Below the pieces are notes generated by a model. It did no database searches and was not told where the DNA came from. It saw nothing but the letters and a program-made list of their open reading frames with translations. Positions 13,818 through 24,400 of a stretch of DNA of 64,000 nt are shown here, in pieces. Position numbers and translations under genes: made by a program. This DNA is from Sphagnum compactum (taxonomy: Eukaryota), in NCBI GenBank assembly GCA_965153455.1, contig OZ234493.1, positions 19,086,213 to 19,150,212 on the forward strand. The letters run 5' to 3'. The first letter of the stretch is position 1; each line of letters starts with the position of its first letter.

Positions 13818-14914
13818 TTATATATTGTAAAGGAAGAAAGTTCCTTCCCCTGACTCCGGACGGACAGTAGCTAAATACGGCGAGGACGTCAAGTCAAAGG
13901 GTGGGACACGTGTCCGCGTGCATGCGGGTGCGGGATGGCCTCTCAACCGCCCTCGCGAGCTCCCGCGCAGCAGACGGTTCTTCCCTCAGGAATCCATCCG
14001 GGCCTTCTGCTCTCAGCTTTCGCAAAATCGTGTGCACGTGCTGGAGCTCCATGATCACTCGATGGTTAGATGATGCTGCTGCTGGCTGAAAGAATACTCA
14101 TGACATCGATCCATACCGCGCAACCGAAGATGGAGAGCCCATAGGCTGCCATTGCATTTGCCGTAGGCTGTCGGAGAATAGCATCAGCACCAATGCCATT
14201 TGCAGTACCATTCAAAAGATGAGTGGCTTTTCTTCTCTGTTGCTCTGCTGTTGTGCATGACGTTGCAGCATTTGGAGCTGCATCAGCTGTTGTTGCTGTT
14301 GCTGTTGGTGCTGATGCTGTTGGTGCTGGTGTTGTTGCAACCGTCTCTGCTATTAGCAACCCACCTGGACCAACAAACCATCTAGCCAATTAACAACAGG
14401 TGTTAGGCTTTGCTGTGGCTTTGGCCAGCCTCAGCATCCTGTGCAAAAATGTTGGGTGAACACCATTTTGCTGAACCAATCTGGCATGCCCTGATTTTTC
14501 TTCATCCAAAATTTGCCGTACAGTGCTGGTACTAAATGTTGCAGTGCCATTGAAATTCTGGGAATCATCTGAGCTGCAGGTCGCTCCAACCTGGGTGCAG
14601 GAGCTTGAAAATTCCAACGTCATTCTGTCACTGCCCAGCTCGAAGATGGTATCCTCTGCTTCTTCGTCTTCTTCTTGATCTGTAAGAGACTGCATCATCC
14701 CTGACAAAGTTTATGCGGTGTCACTACATACTGATCAGGTGCATACTCTTTGAAACTGATTGCCATATTCTCTTGAACAACGTCTACTTAACCTGCACGC
14801 GGCAAGCACATGATCAGAGATACAAATATCCTAGCGAACATTGTTGATTAGAGCTGTTTGCCTTTGTAGATCTCATGATGGAACAATTGAAAACTATGGG
14901 TTTTTGTGGAGCAG

Positions 14915-15039
14915 GTTCCGGCCACGAATACTTGTGGATGTGAGTAGTGTGGACACATCAACAAGGGTTTTGGGTTTTAGAATTTCGATGCCCATCGTGG
15001 TGGCTCCAACAGCTATGCACAAATTAGCACATCCTGAAG
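14915..15039 (+). pseudogene. Captured single exon of a glycolate oxidase / (S)-2-hydroxy-acid oxidase gene
   Basis: CAG|G TTC CGG..GAA G|GT encodes [42 protein letters not shown], a hallmark segment of FMN-dependent alpha-hydroxy-acid oxidases. No other exons found nearby. Confidence 0.85.
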
Positions 15040-15166
15040 GTGGCTTGAATGAATTTTTGATTGTACGAATCCTCAGGTTGTCTCAGGGATTGTATGTATC
15101 ACAGATGATTTCAGTCCGGTGATTGCTCCCTGATGAAGATTTGCAATTGAAAAAGTGGAGCTTCAA

Positions 15167-15411
15167 CAGCACGCAAAAATCATCAGAAGCATCCAGAGCA
15201 CGACAGACTTTATCAGATATTGGGGTAGGAGAAAGGGTGCACAGAGGATGATGTTCCAAAGGCATATAGGAAGCTTTCCTTAAAGATTCACCCTGACAAG
15301 AACAAACCTCCAGGTGCAGAGGAGGCTTTCAAAGCAGTTTCAAAAGCTTTTCAATTTCTCAGAAATGGTGAGCTCAGGGAAGATTATGATGGCTATGGAC
15401 CTGAAGAAGAG
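15167..15411 (+). pseudogene. Captured J-domain (DnaJ, DNAJB12/DnaJ49-like) fragment with frameshift and stop
   Basis: QHAKIIRSIQSTTD, 1-bp frameshift, then YQILG*EKGCTEDDVPKAYRKLSLKIHPDKNKPPGAEEAFKAVSKAFQFLRNGELREDYDGYGPEEE. HPD at 15289-15297; TAG at 15226-15228. Absent from the ORF track. Confidence 0.88.
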
Positions 15412-18400
15412 AGTCAGAGCTCTCAGCACATGCGGCAGTGCAAGCATGAAGAATGACCTCTCAATTATTCCAATTGCTTGAATCCTTCATCACTTTAGGA
15501 ATTTAAATAGCTTTAGTAATCTCTGTGCAGGTTCTCATTTACATCTAGAAACAAAATTTGTTGTTTCTTCCTTGATCAAGCTTCAAGTTGTGTACACTGC
15601 TTTTGCAAGCTAAAACCCTGGCCTTTTGTCTTTGAGCAATCCTTGCCTCTGTTGCTGTTATGTGATTGCATTGAGGGAGACATGTTGGTGGAATTCTTTT
15701 ATCATTTCCATTTCTCATTCTTAGGAACATTGTCTCTGTATGACAATTCTCCAACTTTCAAAGTTTCTCCATGTGCTGCTGGCTTGCTTGCTGGATGGTG
15801 CATAAATAATCACCATGTATCATGAATAATATTTACACATGACCACATGTAATGCGTTTTTTTGTTTTTTTCGGTCAATTTTGTAATGCACCGATCCTGC
15901 TTTCCGGAAAGTTTGGATGACTTCGAAGTTTGCCGGTTCTGATGGTGAGCAAGTCCAATTTGCGAAAGACTTTGAAGAGCTTGCCGATCTTGAAGAGTTT
16001 CTAGAGTATCAGGATCAGTTGCACCTAGAGGAAGCTGCTCGAGAGTTATTGGATGTGCATATTGAGGACGGTAGGACTCTTGGACTTTCCTGAGCTCTTC
16101 CTTTTTTTTTGTTCTTTTTTCTATCCAGTCAGAGTCACCTCCCGAGGCAGAGCCACACATACCGGATTCAACAGCCCTGTGCATTAGGCACGGGGTTCAG
16201 ACTAGTGTTTTGTAATAGTATTAAAGTGCTTTCTTTGAGCTTCTATTTACATTATAGTTCCCTTTCATCTTTCTTGGGTTAAATTTTTCTTATCAATTTT
16301 TTTCTCTAAGTCTTTCTTGTCACTTCTCTTTACATTGGAGTTCCCTTCCATTCTTTTAGGGCTATTTTTTTGTTTTACCAAATATTCTTTCTAAGATTCT
16401 TTCAATACTTTTGTCCATGTTTTAACTACCTTCCATCTGTTTTGGATTAATTTTAGTTTCTCACCGAATTCTTTCTCACTACATTTTTTCATGTTGTAAT
16501 TCATTTTCATCCTCCTCAAGTTAATTTTCTCATCGAATCCTCTTAAAGGATTTATTTTCTTCTTTCATCATTTATTTCTACATTATGGCCCCTTTCCATG
16601 TATTTGAAATGGATTTGTTTTGCCCCATTGATTTTGGTCTTACATTTTTATTTTCCCAATTTTTGTTCATGATCTTTTTCGAAGTTGTGGCCTTTTTTTA
16701 AGTTGCAACCTTTTTCTAAACATTCAACCTCTTTCTAAATTTTGGCCAATCTTTAAACTTTCAAATCTCTTCAAATTACATTTTTTCTTTTAAGCTTTTA
16801 GTTGGTTGACCTCTTCCTACTTGGATCTCCAAGCTTTAAATTCTAGCTTGATCACCCCTTTTCTTTTTGTTATTGGTTTATTTAATGTTTACTTGTTGCA
16901 ACTTTGTTACATGTCCCTTTGAATGCATTCTAGCCTTAGCCATAGCCTTGACTTCTATATGTAGCAGTGTTGTAAAGCCTACATTGACACCTTTGTATCT
17001 AATATGATGAACTTTATAACCAACTTGAAAATTGTAATGAAATTTATCTCTCACATCTTTAATGGCAATTGCAAACCAAACTTTGTTGAAGCCAACTTTT
17101 GCTTGCCTTTTAGCCATGCATTAACATATTTGTTCAATTAAGATAATGGATTCAACTACTCTCCTTGCTTCCTTTCACTCCCTTTCCTTCCTTTTTTGTT
17201 TTTTTACTTGTTTAACTACCATTTTGTTTAGAAATTTTTGTTACATAATCTCAAAATACTTAATAGATGTGACAACATGTGATTTGTTGTAATCAACTAA
17301 TGGTTTTGTTGCCTCCTTGTAAGCAAATGGGACAATGACAACAAATTTGCAAAATAAAACACCTTTGGGATTTGACTTATAAAATTAAGTTTTTAAGTTT
17401 ATTCATGTGTAAACCCCTTTAAATTTATTACTACGTCAATGACACCCCTAAAACTATTAATTTCTATGTGACATAATTAAAATTTCAACAATGCACCTCT
17501 AATTAATGTACCTTTAATATGACCTTAATATGAAACCCTAAAAATATCCTTAACATATAAAAAATATCCCCAATATCGCTTAAATATAACTTTGATATTA
17601 CCTTAATGTACAACCCTAAAGCTAAACCTCTAATATGCCGTATTATACATGTAGGGCCTAAGTTCACAAATAGTGACTAAATGGGACATACAAACTTATT
17701 CATGGATGAATATAATTTTCAAAATCATCATAAAATGACCAAAAATTGTCAAAGTTGGTAAATAGTTGTAAAAATAATTACATATGACATATAATTGCAT
17801 GCAATTGAGAATAAAATTTTCTCCAATGTTTATCAAAGTTCTACCAATCATTACCTTTAATTGATGCCAAACAACGATCATAAAATGCACATGTACAATA
17901 CTTTTTGGATGTCAAGCCACAAAAGAACACTATGAAATTGCTTGAAGCTTAAAAAAATGCACATGTAACTAAGGCCCTCTTAGACCACTAGTAGGGTTTC
18001 AATTAATGTTGTACTAATAAATCTATTTTCACTTAACAAACCAGTTTGGGTCTTTTAAAAATGTGAAAATTACTTATTAAAAAGGCCTTGGTATGTTGTT
18101 ATTTTTTAATTTCCATTTACCAATTAGTTAGTAAGGTTTTTTTTATTTTCCACAAATTTGAAAGGTATGAATACCATGGTCTTTTGAAATATCTTACCAT
18201 AGGAATATGAATATTAGTTTGGTAAATGTAATTTGAAAATTACATATCATATAAATGACAAAATGTAGAATGTGATTAAATATTGCAAGACAAATCACTT
18301 ACATAAATAAATCTTTTTCAATATATCCTTTCCATGCATTGCATGCATAACTAACAATTTGATTCATGCACACTACATAATCTTGCAATTAAAAGTGAGC

Positions 18401-18559
18401 TCTAATCCATTTTCCTCTTTCAGTTCCAATAACCGAAAAATTCCAATCACCCATCACCAAGTTTAAATGTTTTTTTTACCAATATTCCATGCATATTCAA
18501 AGACAAAGGGCAAAGAAAACAAATTAAATCCAATCATTTCAACAAGATTAGCTATGCAT

Positions 18560-19372
18560 AACTCGAAATCATTGTTCCAAATCCTAGTACCTTCCTTTCT
18601 TCTCCAACTATAACATTGAACCACTAGTTTCTCCAAATTTCAACAACCTTGTATTATGCCTCAAAATGTGATTAAGCTCAATCCTCTTCAAAAACACTAG
18701 CCTCTATCTCACCTTCACATTCATCTTACAACTTTGATTCCTAAGTGAAAACATCTACAACTTTTTTCGTAAAAAAATAACAATATGATCTAGCATTTGA
18801 AGGCCAATTCTTGTAGATCATGATTATGCTATCAAAATTAATCAAACCAAGCATGCAATGCCTCAAACTAGTCAAAATTTTAACAAGGTTAAAAAAAAAT
18901 TCAATTTCAATTTAAAAATGTGGGATGGCCAGAAATTTTTTGGTGAAAAACCCAACTCAAGGAACCTAGCCTCTTGTTTTTTCCTCCATTTTGAAAGCAA
19001 GGAGACTTCTTTGGAAGACACCATAAGGCACTAAACATACTTTTATTAACTTCCTCATTAAAATTCAAAATTTTTGTAATAGCAAATGCAATGGCCCAAG
19101 TCAAGCCACTTGGTACATGTGCTTGGAATTATAATGATTGTTGATGAAAATATATGTTTAATTATTGCATCAGCATATTCAAATGTTTCTTGAAATAAAA
19201 CAACTTTGGAAGCAATACATGTTTTCATTGGCACTTTCAATTTCTTTGAAGGTATACCAACTTTGACATAAGCTTTCTCCCACTCTTGGTGTCCTTTGTT
19301 AGATTTCTTGGTCCACATTATGGTCTTTTGTAGAGTTGTTTTTTTGGGAAATGTTGTGTTCCATTGCAACAT
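18560..19372 (-). mobile_element. hAT-like transposase relic
   Basis: TIMWTKKSNKGHQEWEKAYVKVGIPSKKLKVPMKTCIASKVVLFQETFEY resembles the hAT L..P..TRW/F.S region; NLEKLV further downstream; multiple frameshifts. Confidence 0.5.
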
Positions 19373-20997
19373 ACTCAGAGCACCTGTGGAGCTGCTCTAA
19401 AGGATGATTTTAATTACAACAAAAGATCTTTTGTCAAGTGATTTCCCTAAATTTGGGAATGAATTCATTAGTTTAAATAATTAATTAAAAAATAATGAAT
19501 TCAATGGTCTAGTGAATGGGGAGTAAGCAATTGCACCCACATTTCCTAATGATTAGAAGCAAACCCAAAGCGTTTGTAACTTGTTACCAGTATAGATGCT
19601 GCTTTGGTCAAGGCTAATATTTGTACCTGGTATACCAAATACAAATATTATCAGTGTTTTTTCTTCTCTTTTTTTTTTTTTTCAATTTTGTGGTTTGTAA
19701 AAACTTTGTCAAAATTTTCCATTTATTGAGCATTTGTTTCTCAAATTCACACTATTAAAACGAATTTTCCCAATTTCTTCGAATTTTCTTTGTAGCCACA
19801 GTGCGAAAATTCACCAAGAAAAATCACTCCTCTGTACAGAATTTCTTTTGTTTTTCAACTCCGGATTTATTTGTTATGACCGTCCATGTAATTTTTCCTT
19901 CTTCCCCCAGGCTGTTCCAATCATAGCCACTGGCCAGGGCGAACCAGCACCTACACTGGTACACTTGCCGTCTTGAGGAAGAGTCTTAGAGGCTGTCTTT
20001 ATCGATTCAGACTCTGATTTTGTCTAAGAGCATCTCCATCGCAAGACTGTAAACAACTCCTTTATGTTACAATAGAACAATGTTTAATCATCACCGTCCC
20101 CACCCACAACCGTCACAAAATTCCCTTTAAACACTCAAAGATCATTTATGTCCTTACATCTGGACCACTAATAGTCACTGCATGTCCAAATACATAGTAA
20201 AAAAAAAGGCTTTTAAAGGGGTTAAAATGACCACTGCAAAATTGAAATCAATACCGGAGCGGAGGAGGAATTACGCAATCCTGCTGCAAGATTTAATGAA
20301 AAGGGGTGTTTGCAGGTGTAGGGTGGCCGGTTCACCCAAGGCCCAATTAATCATCCATTGCCTGCAACATGAGCTCTGGCAGAACGCTTCCAATAATGCA
20401 CTGGGTGAAATCAGCCAACAGCAGGAAACGTGTGGAGCAATATTTTTTGGGTGAGTTTTGAGATATAGCCCAAGTGGCTATCATCGGTAGGAAGATTTAG
20501 TCAGATTTGGCTATGAGCTAAATGATCGCATTAGAAAATCTTCAACATCTTTCTCTTATTTTTGGCTACCTACTTGAAAACCATGTCTGGAAATCTGACG
20601 ATTTTTCTTCGGATTTGGTTGAATTTTGGCTATTGAAAATCTCAAAAAGCATTTGATTTTAGCACTTTCTAAATTTATGACTTAGCTTTTTTCCAGCTAT
20701 AGTTTTTTGGTAAAAGAAAGGTCGGTGTGTGGATGTGAACAAAAGTCATGATGATAAGAATGGAGGAGGCCAGAGAGAAAAAGTAAAGCGTGTTTGACAA
20801 GTCTCAAGGTGACGTTGCATATTCCATCCTCAATTATGAGTAGAAAATAGAGACATGTGTTCCAGAAAAGAAAGTAATGAATTGTTCAGTGACCAAGAAA
20901 TCGGTAAAACGCGTATGCTACAGTCTGAAGAGTCACGCCAAAACCCTTCTAGAAGTTTATGGGCGAGAAGAAAATGGGGAAGAAAAAATATCTGAAA

Positions 20998-21397
20998 GAA
21001 AAGTCGAAAAGGAGTAAGAAAAGAGAGTGGGAATTCCAGGGAGATCGTGAAGGAAAGGGGTTGATGTTCTTTGGAGAGATCTAGTGGAAAGATCAGCTTG
21101 CGAGAATCTGTGATGCGAGGGACACACATCATACCCTGTGTATGCCATTGGGATGGCAGAGGATTTCTAGCAGGTTTTATGAGAGCTTCTTCTTCTGTGA
21201 GAAAAGTCGAAAAAGGAGTAAGAAGAAAAGAGTGTGAGAATTCCAGGGAGTTCGTGAAGAGGAAAGCGATTGATGTTTTTTGACGAGATCTAGTGGAAAG
21301 ATCAGCTTAGCTTGCAGGAATCTGTGATGTGAGGGACACCCATCATACCCTGTGTATGCTATTGGGATGGCAAAGGATTTGTAGCAGGTTTTATGAG
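20998..21397 (+). repeat. Direct tandem duplication (~200 bp x2) just upstream of the HNL start
   Basis: GAAAAGTCGAAAAGGAGTAAGAA..GATCTAGTGGAAAGATCAGCTT..CATCATACCCTGTGTATGC..GCAGGTTTTATGAGA at ~20998-21185 and ~21201-21397. Confidence 0.9.
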
Positions 21398-21463
21398 ACC
21401 AAAAGGTTATTAGAAAAATATTTATGAGAGCAGTGAGCAAAAGGAATTTCAGTTGTGCGAAAT

Positions 21464-24400
21464 ATGGTAAAGCGAAAAGGAGCACAAGGGGCACGAAAAA
21501 GGAGAGATGTGCGGACCCCTGTTGCGATTGAGAAACCTTTGGTCCCAGCTGAAAATGCTCCTTCAAGCTCCGGATGGCACAACAATGTGGTGCTTCTTCT
21601 TAATCTTATGATGAGCTTTCTTTGCACAGTTTTTTCGTGGGCTTTCCCAAGTTACGCATTGAAGTTTGATAATTCTTTCCTTTTTTTTAATTTTTTGTTT
21701 GGGTGTTGACAATTGTCCTTGACCCTTACAACCACAATAGCTTATTGTCCTCACAAAGCATCCGGAGAAGGAGGTCTAGTTCAGATTTGAACTCCCAACC
21801 AACAACTTCACAACCATACCTTTTAGTCACTAGTGTACCTAAATGTCCCTAATTATTTACATGTTTCCTTGTCATACATTTTTACTTTGCTTACTTTCTA
21901 ATATCGTTGTTTAGATAAAAACAATATGAAATGATGTTTAAAGCAATACGAAATGGAGTCATCATAATATCCTCTTACATTAGGTTGGCAACTCATTTGC
22001 TAACAAGTAGAATTGGTGAAAGGGAAATTTGTCGAAATTTGGCATTGACTAAGAATATATTGAACTTGTAAGGATTGGAACTTTCATTATAGATTATAAG
22101 TTAAGTTCAATGTGTACTCTTAATCCAACAACCTAAAGCAAATTATTAAAATGTTCTTGGACATTCTTATTGGGTTTGTGTCCCAATTCTTTAGCTATCA
22201 GAGTTCTTAGAGGCCCAATTGTTGGGGAACATGTCATGAAATACAAGTGAACCAAACTAGATGGCTCAATTAATCAACCCAAACTTGAAAGAATCCAATC
22301 CTTAGCATTAACCTTTATTGTTTGACATGTGTTCCACCTATTATGTAACAACATTTACTTATTGAACTATGTTTTCAAACTTTGAGGTCTATGACAAGTG
22401 AATGATCTTCATTTGTTAGTCATACAAGATACATTTGGTATTCTTTGATTCATCTATTATTGTCATCTTGTTAAACTTAATCTTTTCAACCAATTATTGG
22501 TTTTGTCTACCTATGATAACTTATATATTGCATTTGTTTTATTTCATGTATGGTCAAATAATTTCCAAGAAACGTATGAAGAATTGTGTTGACTCGTTTT
22601 CATTTTCTTTGCAGGAATATCTAGTGCATGATTTAAATCCCAATTGCAATTCCAATAATCCAAACTTGACCATCATTTTTTTTCATGGGATTACTCTTGG
22701 CACGAATGATGCATGGAAGGAAACATGGACAACACGTCCCACCAACAATAGAAAAGAGTGCATATGTTGGCCAAAAAAGTGGCTACCCGAAGACTTGGAC
22801 AACAATGTTCGAATTTTATCATTGTCCTATGATTCTAACATTGTGGCAAGTGTTCACAATGACGTGACTGGAATCGGCAAAAACCTTGTTCAAAGTTTGA
22901 TTAGAAATCCAAGGTATGACCATCTCCTCTATTTATGTACACATTAATTACTTTTCCTTGTGTACATTAATGATAATCGTTTACATCTTTATAATTTCTT
23001 ACATGTTTTGCACGAGTTAATTGTTCATGTGTACCAGTACTGTGATACACACCAACAAGTTTCAATTTACTTGAATTATTAGATTCATGTATGAGAACAT
23101 AAAATGGGGCTTAAAAGAAAATGTTCTTGTTTGAGGATAATAGCAAAGTCTATGTTCATATTATATATTCATGGTACAACTAGTTTGGTTTTTATGGCAA
23201 TTTTTAGTTTGTGTTTTTTGAAGTTTTATCTTTGTTAATGCAATTGAATTGAATTAAATTAAATTAAATTAATACACATGTAGATAAATTTCATTGCAAT
23301 AACTTTTTTTTTTAAACATGTATATTTTTATTTATTTATATTTAAAAATTAAAAATTTCAACCATATTTCCAACATAACACATAAAAGATGAGTTGTACA
23401 TTAACAAAAGAATGTACACACCTACATACTTGTGCACAATAATTGTTTTACCAAAACATGGTTGTCACATTTTCTAGGTAGATTAATGGAATCAATTATG
23501 AACTTATAGCTTAAGTCATGTGTGAATTGGAAAATTGCCCCGAGTATAATAAGATGAATTTGTACATGCTAATACAATGTTGATAATGAAATTTCGGTGC
23601 ATTGTTGAATATTTTGTAGTTATCAATCCCTTTGGGATCGACCGGTGGCATTAGTTGCTTATAGTTTTGGAGGTCTTGTACTAAAAAGCTTAATGGTTGA
23701 AATTCGCAAACGTGAATATCAAAGGCCAAAAAATGATTTGGATAATGAAATACGAAAATGTTGTAAAACATTTTTGAATAATGTCAAAGGTGTAGTATTT
23801 TATGGTGTACCACATTCTGGTGCTAATGAAAATTTATCAAAATATTTCAATTGGCAATGTCAACAAATCAACTCATGCAACAAAGATTTTCCCCCACCTA
23901 GTTTTTCAAGAAATTTAAAACCTTTCAACGAACAAATGGAATCCCTTTCAAAGGAGTTTATAGATGCCGTTCATGAAGACTTCAACATTTATGAATTTGG
24001 CGAAGGATTACCAGTCAACAAGAAGTGGGTAAGATTTTCATTATCTCACATTGAAAGTTATCCAACTTGGTTCATTAGTTGAACATTTTTTGTATTGTCA
24101 AAACTTGTGTGGGATCTTTTACTCAATATTTTTAAATATATCAATGTGGTGAATGGGTCATGTGTTTTATGAACTTTGTTTCATGAATTACTATTGATGG
24201 AAATGAAACGTGATTGATTTCAAACATCAAGAAATGGGTTTAAAATTTCCCTTCATCAAATCAATTCCACATAAATATTTTTAAGGAAAATCATAACATC
24301 GTTAAACCATGTAAGATTCCTGAGATTAATAACCAATAACTTTGTGATGTATTTACATAAGTTGTTTGCCAAAAGGTTGAAGGAAATTACTTATACACAA

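Larger units (their letters stand above)
13815..16205 (+). mobile_element. Non-autonomous Helitron, copy B, carrying captured gene fragments
   Basis: Same ~55-bp 5' end as copy A. 3' hairpin CCCTGTGC-ATTAG-GCACGGGG (16175-16195), then CTAG (16202-16205) followed by T. No TIRs, no TSD. Confidence 0.85.

Noticed and set aside
14390-14707. Group IId WRKY assignment from KSGHARL (HARF-like)
   Set aside because: A single short motif with no WRKY domain; left as an unidentified fragment.
14841-15122. Functional glycolate oxidase gene
   Set aside because: Only one exon is present, inside Helitron termini, and it is followed by an unrelated J-domain fragment.
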